From an uncultured Acidobacteriota bacterium (GTDB lineage Bacteria > Acidobacteriota > Vicinamibacteria > Fen-336), in contig CAVRVE010000028.1 in assembly GCA_963724555.1 (NCBI GenBank), positions 145,026 through 209,025 on the forward strand: 64,000 nt of DNA, written 5' to 3'. The translations under genes and the position numbers were made by a program. The notes under the pieces were generated by a model that saw only the letters and a program-made list of their open reading frames with translations, was not told where the DNA came from and made no database searches. Shown here one piece after another: positions 53,208 to 61,748 of this stretch (position 1 is its first letter; the number at the start of each line of letters is the position of its first letter).

Positions 53208-54746
53208 TCAGGATCCGTTGCCGGCGAGGAACAGCGCGTAGGCGGGATTGTTGCACTCCGGGAACGACGGATAGCCGAGCTGCTCCAGGATGCTCTCGAA
53301 CTCGGGCAGCTCGGCGTCGGGCACCTCGAAGGCGGCCAGCACGCGGCCGAAGTCGGCGCCGTGGTTCCGGTAGTGGAACAGGCTGATGTTGAAGCGGCCG
53401 CCGAGCGTCTCGAGGAACTGCATGAGCGCTCCCGGGCGCTCGGGGAACTCGAAGCGGTAGAGCCGCTCGTTCCGCGCCGTCGCCCGGCCGCCCACCATGT
53501 AGCGCACGTGGAGCTTGGCCATCTCGTCGTCGGTCAGGTCGAGCGTCGCGTAGCCGCGCGCGCGCAGCCCGGCCGCGACCGCGAGGCCGTCCTCGCGCGA
53601 TGCGGTGCGCAGGCCCACGAAGATGTGGGCGGCGTCCCGGCCCGCGAGGCGGTAGTTGAACTCGGTCACGACGCGCGGTCCGATCGCGGCGCAGAACTCG
53701 CGGAAGGCGCCGGGCCGCTCGGGGATCGTGACGCCGAGGAGCGCTTCGCGCGCCTCGCCCACCTCGGCGCGCTCCGCGACGAAGCGCAGCCGGTCGAAGT
53801 TCATGTTGGCGCCGGACAGGATCGCCACCACCCGCTCGCCGCCATCGCCTCGGCTGGACCGGGCCGCCCAGCTCTTGAGCCCGGCCACCGCGAGCGCTCC
53901 CGCCGGCTCCATCACGCTGCGGGTGTCGTCGAACACGTCCTTGATCGCGGCGCAGACCTCGTCGTTCGTGACGCGCACGATCTCGTCCACGCACTGGCGG
54001 ACGATCCGGAAGGTCGTCTCGCCCACGTCGCGCACCGCGACGCCGTCGGCGAAGATCCCGACGTGCTCCAGCTGGACCCGCTTGCCCGCCTGGAGCGAGC
54101 GCCACATCGCGTCGGCCTCGAACGGCTCGACGCCAACGATCCTGACCGCCGGCAGCAGCGCCTTCAGGTAGCCGGCGATACCGGAGATCAGCCCGCCGCC
54201 GCCGACCGGCACGAACACCGCGTCGAGCCGGCCCCGCGACTGCCGCAGGATCTCGGCGCCGATCGTGCCCTGGCCCGCGATCACCAGCGGATCCTCGAAA
54301 GGGTGGACGAAGGCGAGGCCGGTCTCCGCGACGAGCGCGTCGCAGCACAGCTGCGCCTCCGAGTAGCTGTCGCCCGCCAGCACCACCTCGGCGCCCATCG
54401 CCCGCACCGCCTCGACCTTGATCTCGGGTGTCGTCTTCGGCATCACGATCACGGACCGCAGGCCCAGGTGGCGGGCCGAGAACGCGACGCCCTGCGCGTG
54501 GTTGCCGGCGCTCGCCGCGATCACGCCGCGCGCGCGCTCGGACGCGCGGAGGTGCGCGATGCGGTTGTAGGCGCCGCGCAGCTTGAAGCTGAAGACCGGC
54601 TGCAGGTCTTCGCGCTTCAGCAGCACCTCGATGTCGAGTCGCCGCGAGAGTCGCGGCGCCAGCTCGAGCGGGGTCTCGCGCGCCACGTCGTAGACGCGGC
54701 TCGTCAGCACGTCGTGCAGCAGCGTGTTCGTGGCGCTGTCGGGCAT
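53208..54746 (-). CDS. ilvA: biosynthetic threonine ammonia-lyase
   Basis: 512 aa. PLP site FSFKLRGAYN, GGGGLISG, and two C-terminal ACT-like regulatory repeats. Confidence 0.95.
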   Translation of the reverse strand: MPDSATNTLLHDVLTSRVYDVARETPLELAPRLSRRLDIEVLLKREDLQPVFSFKLRGAYNRIAHLRASERARGVIAASAGNHAQGVAFSARHLGLRSVIVMPKTTPEIKVEAVRAMGAEVVLAGDSYSEAQLCCDALVAETGLAFVHPFEDPLVIAGQGTIGAEILRQSRGRLDAVFVPVGGGGLISGIAGYLKALLPAVRIVGVEPFEADAMWRSLQAGKRVQLEHVGIFADGVAVRDVGETTFRIVRQCVDEIVRVTNDEVCAAIKDVFDDTRSVMEPAGALAVAGLKSWAARSSRGDGGERVVAILSGANMNFDRLRFVAERAEVGEAREALLGVTIPERPGAFREFCAAIGPRVVTEFNYRLAGRDAAHIFVGLRTASREDGLAVAAGLRARGYATLDLTDDEMAKLHVRYMVGGRATARNERLYRFEFPERPGALMQFLETLGGRFNISLFHYRNHGADFGRVLAAFEVPDAELPEFESILEQLGYPSFPECNNPAYALFLAGNGS

Positions 54747-54825
54747 CAGGCGCGCATGCTAGCACCGCCGCGCGCGCGCCGAAGCCGCGGCCTGTGGGCT
54801 TTCGAACGAAGGGCTCGACCGGACC

Positions 54826-55395
54826 CTAGATCTTGTCGGCGCTGTAGTCGCCGCCGACGACGGCCCAGGTCCCGATCTCGACGTGGATCGTCGACCAGCA
54901 GTGGGGGCAGGCGACCGGCGCGCTCTCCTTCGGCTCGCCGGGCTCGCCTTCGTAGCTGACCCGGAGCTCCTTCTTGCACTTCCCGCACACGTGGCGTTCC
55001 TGGATCTTCGCGCGCGAGCCCGAGGCGGCCGGCGCCTTCGGCGACGCAGCGGCTGCGGCCGAGGCAGGCGCCACGTCGCCGGCGATCACCTCGCGGATCG
55101 CGTCCTCCAGCCGGTGCTGCTCCGCGACGAAGGACAGGTGCCGGAATCGCTCGCCGGGGCCGCTCAGCGTCACGGACCAGCTCTGCCCCAGACGGACGAG
55201 CGACACCGACCAGGGAGCCTGAAGATCGCGGCCCGCAAACGCCTGGCGCACGGCCATTTCGACCGGCGCGCGGGCGTCCTTGTCGACGCCGGCCACCAGC
55301 ACCTTGAGGTTGGGCTGGGGGGCCGGACGCGGGCCCGCGGCCGGGCGCGGTGTCGCGCGCCTCGGGAAGGAGGGAGTCGGAGGGTACGACGGCAC
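54826..55395 (-). CDS. hypothetical protein with C-terminal zinc ribbon
   Basis: 189-aa ORF with a Pro-rich N-terminus. CGKCKKEL...CPHCWSTIHVE is a four-Cys ribbon. I recognise no family. Confidence 0.6.
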   Translation of the reverse strand: MPSYPPTPSFPRRATPRPAAGPRPAPQPNLKVLVAGVDKDARAPVEMAVRQAFAGRDLQAPWSVSLVRLGQSWSVTLSGPGERFRHLSFVAEQHRLEDAIREVIAGDVAPASAAAAASPKAPAASGSRAKIQERHVCGKCKKELRVSYEGEPGEPKESAPVACPHCWSTIHVEIGTWAVVGGDYSADKI

Positions 55396-55457
55396 GATCC
55401 GGAGCGTACGAAAAACAGCCGCTCACGGATGTGATCCGCTTCACGTTGGGCTCCCGA

Positions 55458-57134
55458 TCAGCGGCCGTCGGTGACGGCGCCCAGGGCGGCGCTGCCGACG
55501 AGGCGCGCGTACTTGGCCAGCACTCCGGTGGTGTAGCGCGGCGCGGGCGGCTTCCAGGCGGCGCGGCGCCGCTGCAGCTCGGCCGGGTCGACCTCGAGCT
55601 GCAGCAGGCGCTTGTCGGCGTCGATCGTGATGCGGTCGCCTTCCTGGATGAGGCCGATCGCGCCGCCCACCGCGGCTTCGGGGGCCACGTGCCCGACCAC
55701 CATGCCGTGCGTCGCCCCCGAGAAGCGCCCGTCCGTGATCAGCCCGACCGAGTCGCCGAGGCCGGTGCCGATGATCGCGGAGGTCGGCGACAGCATCTCG
55801 CGCATGCCCGGCCCGCCCTTCGGGCCCTCGTAGCGGATCACGATCACGTCGCCGGGCTTGATCCTGCCCTGGAAGATCGCCTCGGCGCAGCCTTCCTCGC
55901 GCTCGAAGACGCGCGCGGGGCCGCTGATGCGCGGGTGCTTCACGCCGGTCACCTTCGCGACCGCGCCCTCCTCGGCCAGGTTGCCGCGCAGGATCACGAG
56001 GTGGCCGTGCGCGTAGACCGGGCTCGCGAAGGGGCGGATCACGTCCTGTCCCGCGCGCGGCTCCCTGGGCACGGCCGCGAGGTTCTCGGCGACCGTCTTG
56101 CCCGTGATCGTGAGCGCGTCGCCGTGGACGAGCCCGTGGTCGAGCAGCATCCGCATCACCTGCGGCACGCCGCCCGCCTTGTGGAAGTCGGTCGTCACGT
56201 AGCGGCCCGAGGGCTTGAGGTCGCAGATCACCGGCACGCGGCCGCGGATCTCCTCGAAGTCGTCGAGCGTGAGCTTCACGTTCGCCGCGTGCGCCGCCGC
56301 CAGCAGGTGGAGCACGGCGTTCGTGGAGCCGCCCACCGCCATCACGACGGCGATCGCGTTCTCGAAGGCCTTGCGCGTCAGGATCCGGCGCGAGTTGAGG
56401 CCGCTCTTCACGGCCGCCGCCAGCACGCGCGCCGACTCGGCGGCGCTGTCGGCCTTCTCGGCGTCCTCGGCCGCCATCGTCGACGAGCCGGGCAGGCTGA
56501 GCCCGAGCGCCTCGATCGCCGAGGACATCGTGTTGGCCGTGAACATGCCGCCGCAGGCGCCGACGCCCGGGATCGCCGAGCGCTCGATCGCGTCGAGCTC
56601 CGCCTTCGGCAGCTTCCCCGCCTCGAACTGCCCGAGCGCCTCGAAGACGCTCACGATCGTGAGGTCGCGGCCGGCGTGGCAGCCGGGCTTGATCGTCCCG
56701 GCGTAGACGAAGATCGACGGCACGTCGAGCCGCGCGAAGGCGATGAGCGCGCCCGGCATGTTCTTGTCGCAGCCGCCCACGGCCAGGACACCGTCCATCG
56801 ACTGGCCGTTGACGACCGTCTCGATCGAGTCGGCGATCACCTCGCGCGAGACGAGCGAGTACTTCATGCCCTCGGTGCCCATCGAGATGCCGTCGGCGAC
56901 GGTGATGGTGCCGAAGACCTGGGGCATGACGCCGGCCTCGCGCAGCGCCGCCATCGCGCGGTCCGACAGCGTCGCGATGCCGGCGTTGCAGGGCGTGAGA
57001 TTGCTGTGGGCGTTCGCGACGCCGACGATCGCCTTCTGGAAGGCCGCGTCGTCGAAGCCGACCGCGCGCAGCATCGAGCGATTGGGGGCGCGGATGTCCC
57101 CCTCCGTTATGGCCTTGCTGCGCCTGTCGCTCAT
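55458..57134 (-). CDS. ilvD: dihydroxy-acid dehydratase
   Basis: 558 aa and intact. [38 protein letters not shown]. Confidence 0.95.
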   Translation of the reverse strand: MSDRRSKAITEGDIRAPNRSMLRAVGFDDAAFQKAIVGVANAHSNLTPCNAGIATLSDRAMAALREAGVMPQVFGTITVADGISMGTEGMKYSLVSREVIADSIETVVNGQSMDGVLAVGGCDKNMPGALIAFARLDVPSIFVYAGTIKPGCHAGRDLTIVSVFEALGQFEAGKLPKAELDAIERSAIPGVGACGGMFTANTMSSAIEALGLSLPGSSTMAAEDAEKADSAAESARVLAAAVKSGLNSRRILTRKAFENAIAVVMAVGGSTNAVLHLLAAAHAANVKLTLDDFEEIRGRVPVICDLKPSGRYVTTDFHKAGGVPQVMRMLLDHGLVHGDALTITGKTVAENLAAVPREPRAGQDVIRPFASPVYAHGHLVILRGNLAEEGAVAKVTGVKHPRISGPARVFEREEGCAEAIFQGRIKPGDVIVIRYEGPKGGPGMREMLSPTSAIIGTGLGDSVGLITDGRFSGATHGMVVGHVAPEAAVGGAIGLIQEGDRITIDADKRLLQLEVDPAELQRRRAAWKPPAPRYTTGVLAKYARLVGSAALGAVTDGR

Positions 57135-57163
57135 GGCTCCTCCTGAGGTCGCAAATCATACCC

Positions 57164-57751
57164 GTGCTAGGCTCGTTTGCGCCCGGAGGTGGCTTGGCAC
57201 GCGTCAAGGGGACCGCCGTCCAGTCGTCGCTGCGGTACGTGCGCGAGCGCTTCGGCGAAGCGCCGCTCGCCGCGATCCTGGACGCGCTCGGCGAGGCCGA
57301 CCGCCGCGCGCTCGAGGCTGTCCTCGCCTCGGCCTGGTACGACGTCTCGCTCTTCCTGCGCTTCATGGTGGAGGCCGAGCGCCAGCTGCGCGCGCAGGAG
57401 CCGAGCCTGGTGCGCAACATGGGCCGCGCCTCGTGCGACTACGGGCTGACGACGGTCTACAAGATCTTCTTCAAGATCGGCTCGCCCGAGTTCATCATCG
57501 GCCGGGCGGCGCGCGTGTTCTCGAGCTACTACGACACGGGCGAGCTCTGCATCCTCGAGACCCGGCCCGGGCGCTGTCTGGCCGAGCTGCGGGGCTTCGA
57601 GGGCGGGGCGCCGCAGTTCTGCGAGCGCATCTTCGGCTGGATGCAGCGGACGCTCGAGCTCGCGGGAGCGAAGAACCTGCGCCCGCGCCACGACGTGTGC
57701 GTCCACCGGGGCGGGGCGGTCTGCCGCTTCGAGGGCGACTGGGACGCCTAG
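57164..57751 (+). CDS. hypothetical protein (possibly the DUF2378/TIGR02265 type common in myxobacteria; low certainty)
   Basis: 195-aa ORF. VKGTAVQSSLRYVRERFGEAPLAAILDAL...WYDVSLFLRFM. An alternative TTG start at 57194 follows GGAGGT. Confidence 0.6.
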   Translation: MLGSFAPGGGLARVKGTAVQSSLRYVRERFGEAPLAAILDALGEADRRALEAVLASAWYDVSLFLRFMVEAERQLRAQEPSLVRNMGRASCDYGLTTVYKIFFKIGSPEFIIGRAARVFSSYYDTGELCILETRPGRCLAELRGFEGGAPQFCERIFGWMQRTLELAGAKNLRPRHDVCVHRGGAVCRFEGDWDA

Positions 57752-57767
57752 CGGGCATGCCGCGGCC

Positions 57768-58700
57768 GTGAAGTCGCTGCTGGTCGTCTGCCCCGTCTTC
57801 AACGAAGAGCCCGTGATCCTCGACTTCCACGAGGAGCTGCGCCGGGCGCTCGCGGCGGTTCCGGGCTGGACGGGCCGCGTGCTCTACGTGGTGGACCGCG
57901 GCACCGACCGCAGCCTCGACCTGCTGCGCGCGCTCGCGGGGGCGGACCCCGCCGTGTCGGTGCTCGCGCTCTCGAGCCGGTTCGGGCAGCAGGCGGCGCT
58001 GCTCGCCGGCCTCGACCACAGCGACGCGGACGCGGTCGTGATGCTGGACAGCGACCTGCAGCACCCGCCAGCCGTGATTCCCGAGCTCGTCGCGCGGCAC
58101 GAGCAGGGGTTCGACGTCGTCTACACCGTGCGCGAGCGCGACGCCTCGATTCCGCTGCTGAAGCGGTGGAGCGCGCGCGCCTTCTACGGGGTGCTGAACG
58201 CCGTGTCGGACACGCCGATCCGGCAGGGCGCGGCCGACTTCCGGCTGCTCGCGCGTCCGGTGGTCGAGGTGTTCCAGAAGCAGGTGCGCGAGCGCACGCT
58301 GTTCCTGCGCGGGCTCGTGAACTGGGTGGGCTTCCGGGCGAGCGGCGTGCGCTTCCGGCCGGGGCCGCGCCGCGGCGGCGCCAGCAAGTACCCGGTCGGC
58401 CGCATGCTGCGCTTCGCGCTCACCGGGCTCGTCTCGTTCAGCCGCTTCCCGCTGCGGGCCGCGGGCGCCACGGGCCTGCTGCTGATGCTGCTCGGGGCCG
58501 CCTTCGGAGTGCTCGCGCTCGCCGACGTCTACGAGGGGGCGGCCGCCGAGCGTGCGCTGATCCTGGCGGCGGTCTTCCTGGTGGGCGGGGTCCAGCTCGT
58601 GTTCACGGGTGTCCTCGGCGAGTACCTGGGCGCGGTGCTCGACGAGGCGCGCGCACGCCCGCACTACATCGTGGAGGAGCGGATCAATCTCGGGGGATGA
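57768..58700 (+). CDS. family 2 glycosyltransferase (polyprenyl-phosphate sugar transferase, GtrB/ArnC/DPM1-like)
   Basis: LLVVCPVFNEEPV, VDRGTDRS, MLDSDLQHPP (DxD-type), plus two C-terminal TM helices. Confidence 0.85.
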   Translation: MKSLLVVCPVFNEEPVILDFHEELRRALAAVPGWTGRVLYVVDRGTDRSLDLLRALAGADPAVSVLALSSRFGQQAALLAGLDHSDADAVVMLDSDLQHPPAVIPELVARHEQGFDVVYTVRERDASIPLLKRWSARAFYGVLNAVSDTPIRQGAADFRLLARPVVEVFQKQVRERTLFLRGLVNWVGFRASGVRFRPGPRRGGASKYPVGRMLRFALTGLVSFSRFPLRAAGATGLLLMLLGAAFGVLALADVYEGAAAERALILAAVFLVGGVQLVFTGVLGEYLGAVLDEARARPHYIVEERINLGG

Positions 58701-59874
58701 GGCAGCTGGTCGAGCCGACCCAGGTCTTGTCGCGGTTGAACTTGACGCCCATCATCTTGCCCTGCGAGAGCCGGGCGAGCAGCGTCACCGGCAGCGGCCG
58801 GCCGTCGCGCCACACGCACATCACGCGCACCTCGACGCGCGAGCGCGCCCCGTCGGGCGCCTCGATCACCGGCGCGTAGTCGACCTTCCGCATCAGCAGC
58901 GTGCGCGAGCGCTCCGCCTCGGGCACGGCGGCGAGGTCGGCGGGAGTCGGGTCCACGTTCACGCCCGAGCCGGAGAAGGAGAAGAGCGGCTTCAGCACGT
59001 AGCGCTCGAGATCGTCGGGCACGCCGTCGAGCTCGGACAGCAGCCGCGACTCCGGCACGAGCGGGTGGCGCAGCTCCGGCAGCGCGTGCTTGCTCCAGCG
59101 GAAGAACCAGTTGGGATGGCCCGCCCACTGCACGTCGAGGTCGTCCGTCAGGCGGAACGGCAGCTCGGTGCCCTTGTCGACGAGCTCGTCCACGATCATG
59201 CGGTTGTAGATGCGCAGGATGCGGGTCTTGCGTCCGTCGCGCTCGTACCAGAGCTCGCGCCCGCGCTTCTCGACCTTCGTCGGGCAAACCGAGCGGACGC
59301 CAAACAGCTTCTCGGTGGCCGTGAAGTCCGGATAGGTCCCCTGCTTCTCGGGCTCGAGGTCGAGCAGCACGACGTTCTCGACCGGCACTCCGCCGGTGAT
59401 CGCCTCGCCGACGATCCGAAGGTAAGAGGCCTCGTCGAGCCCGCTCAGCAGGAACTCGAGCGGCTCGTCCGCCATCATCTCGCGGCACAGCCGCCCCTGG
59501 ACGAGCTGGAAGCCGAAGAGCGACGGGAACCCCTGCAGCTCGATCAGCCGCGGAACCACGCGGCCCGCCTCGGAGGCGATCGCGAAGTCGACGACGGCGA
59601 AGAGCGGGTGCCCCTCGTCGCCGCCGGGTACGTCGAACTCCGGCGGCACCGCGGCCTTCGAGCGCTCGAGCGCCGCGGGCTCCAGCAGCCGGTCGAAGAG
59701 CTCGAAGGCGCCCTTCAGCATCGCGTCGCGCAGCTCGGTCGGCAGGAACACCGGCGTCTCGCAGACGCGGAAGTGGATGGTGGCGCCCGTGGCCTCGGCG
59801 AGCCGCGCCTTGTACGACTCGTACTGCGCGGGGGTCCAGGCGGCGTTGAACGCCCGCCGCAGCCGCTCGATCAT
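58684..59874 (-). CDS. conserved hypothetical protein, possible ATP-grasp-like fold
   Basis: 396-aa intact ORF. IELQGFPSLFGFQ and YVLKPLFSFSGSGVNV resemble ATP-grasp nucleotide-binding strands. The function is not established. Confidence 0.65.
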   Translation of the reverse strand: MIERLRRAFNAAWTPAQYESYKARLAEATGATIHFRVCETPVFLPTELRDAMLKGAFELFDRLLEPAALERSKAAVPPEFDVPGGDEGHPLFAVVDFAIASEAGRVVPRLIELQGFPSLFGFQLVQGRLCREMMADEPLEFLLSGLDEASYLRIVGEAITGGVPVENVVLLDLEPEKQGTYPDFTATEKLFGVRSVCPTKVEKRGRELWYERDGRKTRILRIYNRMIVDELVDKGTELPFRLTDDLDVQWAGHPNWFFRWSKHALPELRHPLVPESRLLSELDGVPDDLERYVLKPLFSFSGSGVNVDPTPADLAAVPEAERSRTLLMRKVDYAPVIEAPDGARSRVEVRVMCVWRDGRPLPVTLLARLSQGKMMGVKFNRDKTWVGSTSCLIPRD

Positions 59875-59893
59875 GGGCGCGCCCGCGCCTCGC

Positions 59894-61507
59894 TCACGCG
59901 AGCTTCTGGAAGAAGTCGTTGCCCTTGTCGTCGACCAGGATCACCGCCGGGAAGTCCTCGACCTCGAGGCGGTAGATCGCCTCCATCCCGAGCTCGGGGT
60001 ACTCGACGAGCTCCACCTTGCGGATGCTCTCCTTCGAGAGGAGAGCCGCCACCCCGCCCGCCGAGCCCAGGTAGAAGCCGCCGTGCTTCTGGCACGCCTC
60101 CGTCACCTGCTTGCTGCGGTTGCCCTTGGCGATCATGACCATCGAGGCGCCGCGCGACTGGAAGAGGTCGACGTAGGAGTCCATGCGCCCGGCGGTGGTG
60201 GGCCCGAACGAGCCCGACGGCAGCCCTTCGGGCGTCTTGGCCGGGCCCGCGTAGTAGACCGGGTGGTCCTTGAAGTACTGCGGCAGCTCCTCGCCGCGGT
60301 CGAGCCGCTCCTTGAGCTTGGCGTGCGCGATGTCGCGCGCGACCACGATCGGGCCGCTGAGCGCGACCTCGGTCGCGATCGGGTGGCGCGACAGCTCGGC
60401 GCGGATCTCGGCCATCGGACGGTTGAGGTCGATCTTCACCTTCGGCTTCGGGCGCAGGGTGCTATGGCGCTCGGGGAGGAAGCGCGCGGGATTGCGCTCG
60501 AGCTCCTCGAGCCAGATCCCCTCGCGGTCGATCCTCGCCAGGATGTTGCGGTCGGCGGAGCACGAGACGCCCAGGCCGATCGGGCACGAGGCGCCGTGGC
60601 GCGGCAGCCGGATGACGCGGGCGTCGAGCGCGAAGTACTTGCCGCCGAACTGGGCGCCGATGCCGGTGCGGCGCGCGGACTCGACGAGCTGCGCCTCCAG
60701 CTCGAGGTCGCGGAACGCCGCGACGTCGCGGCCGCCCTTCGTGGGCAGGCCGTCGAGGGCGCGCGCCGAGGCGAGCTTGACGGTCTTGAGACAGGCTTCG
60801 GCCGAGGTGCCGCCGATCACGAACGCGAGGTGATAGGGCGGGCAGGCCGCGGTGCCGAAGAGCTTCATCTTCTCCGACAGGAACTTCACGAGCGCCCCGG
60901 GATTGAGGACGGCGCGCGTCTCCTGGAACAGGAAGGTCTTGTTGGCCGAGCCGCCGCCCTTCGCGAGCATCAGGAGGTGGTACTCCATCCCGTCGGTCGC
61001 GTAGATGTCGATCTGCGCCGGCAGGTTCGTCCCGGAGTTCTGCTCCTCGTACATCGTGAGCGGCAGGCTCTGCGAGTAGCGCAGGTTCTCGCGCGCGTAC
61101 GTCTCGTAGATCCCGCGCGAGAGGTGCTCCGCGTCCCTGCCGCCCGTGAAGACGCGCTCGCCCTTCTTCGCGACGATCGTGGCGGTGCCGGTGTCCTGGC
61201 ACATCGGCAGCACGAAGCCGGCCGCGACACAGGCGTTGCGCAGCAGCGACAGCACGACGCTCCTGTCGTTGTCGGACGCCTCGGGATCGTCGAGCACGGC
61301 AGCGAGCTGCGCGAGGTGGCCCGGACGATAGAGGAAGGCGACGTCGCGGAAGGCCTGTCGGGCCACGAGGCGGAGCGCCTCGGGGTCGACCTTGAGGACC
61401 TCCTGGCCCTCGAACTCGCTCACCTCGACGTAGTCCGACGAGAGCTTGCGGTAGGGGGTTTCGTCCTTCGCGAGCGCGAAGGGCTCGACGTAGCGGAATT
61501 CGGCCAT
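59894..61507 (-). CDS. fumA: class I (Fe-S) fumarate hydratase
   Basis: 537 aa. [61 protein letters not shown], and a C-terminal beta-domain GPTTAGRMD. Confidence 0.9.
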   Translation of the reverse strand: MAEFRYVEPFALAKDETPYRKLSSDYVEVSEFEGQEVLKVDPEALRLVARQAFRDVAFLYRPGHLAQLAAVLDDPEASDNDRSVVLSLLRNACVAAGFVLPMCQDTGTATIVAKKGERVFTGGRDAEHLSRGIYETYARENLRYSQSLPLTMYEEQNSGTNLPAQIDIYATDGMEYHLLMLAKGGGSANKTFLFQETRAVLNPGALVKFLSEKMKLFGTAACPPYHLAFVIGGTSAEACLKTVKLASARALDGLPTKGGRDVAAFRDLELEAQLVESARRTGIGAQFGGKYFALDARVIRLPRHGASCPIGLGVSCSADRNILARIDREGIWLEELERNPARFLPERHSTLRPKPKVKIDLNRPMAEIRAELSRHPIATEVALSGPIVVARDIAHAKLKERLDRGEELPQYFKDHPVYYAGPAKTPEGLPSGSFGPTTAGRMDSYVDLFQSRGASMVMIAKGNRSKQVTEACQKHGGFYLGSAGGVAALLSKESIRKVELVEYPELGMEAIYRLEVEDFPAVILVDDKGNDFFQKLA

Positions 61508-61554
61508 CGAAAGCGAGCGTATTCCCGGGGCCCCGGGGCGTCAATCGCCCCGCG

Positions 61555-61583
61555 TTGACAGGCTCTGAGCCCGCACATAGCAT
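61555..61583 (+). promoter_or_regulatory. candidate sigma70-type promoter for tRNA-Leu
   Basis: TTGACA (61555-61560), 17 nt spacer, TAGCAT (61578-61583). It lies about 26 nt upstream of the tRNA 5' end. Confidence 0.45.
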
Positions 61584-61609
61584 GGATGGATTGCTCGGTT
61601 GCCCCCCGT

Positions 61610-61691
61610 GCCGGAGTGGTGGAACTGGCAGACACGCACGTTTGAGGGGCGTGTGGAGAAATCCGTGCGGGTTCGAATCCCGCCTCCGGCA
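61610..61691 (+). tRNA. tRNA-Leu (anticodon GAG), type II with long variable arm, no encoded CCA
   Basis: Hand fold: acceptor GCCGGAG/CTCCGGC, D-arm GTGGAACTGGCAGAC, anticodon stem CACGT/GCGTG with loop TTGAGGG, variable arm GGAGAAATCCGT, T-arm GCGGG-TTCGAAT-CCCGC, discriminator A. It aligns position by position with E. coli tRNA-Leu. Confidence 0.9.
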
Positions 61692-61694
61692 TAT

Positions 61695-61747
61695 CCCCCC
61701 AGGGGGTGAGGGGGGCGGGACGCCCCCCTGAGGTTCAGTCCAGGCCG
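61695..61747 (-). repeat. G/C-rich hairpin repeat, copy C (shared 3' element of tRNA-Leu and the convergent membrane-protein gene)
   Basis: Plus strand: CCCCCCAGGGGGTGAGGGGGGCGGGACGCCCCCCTGAGGTTCAGTCCAGGCCG, containing the hairpin AGGGGGGC-gggac-GCCCCCCT. The reverse complement matches 50182-50225. Confidence 0.5.
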
Positions 61748-61748
61748 T

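Noticed and set aside
50225-53386. 1053-aa plus-strand ORF
   Set aside because: It is antisense to the Gfo/Idh/MocA oxidoreductase and beta-lactamase-like genes, both of which have clear family motifs. Its translation is low complexity.
61541-61748. Tail of ORF 61541..62632 running through the tRNA-Leu gene on the opposite strand
   Set aside because: A CDS overlapping a complete tRNA and its terminator repeat is implausible. The real gene most likely ends at the TAG at 61749 after a frame change in a G-run.
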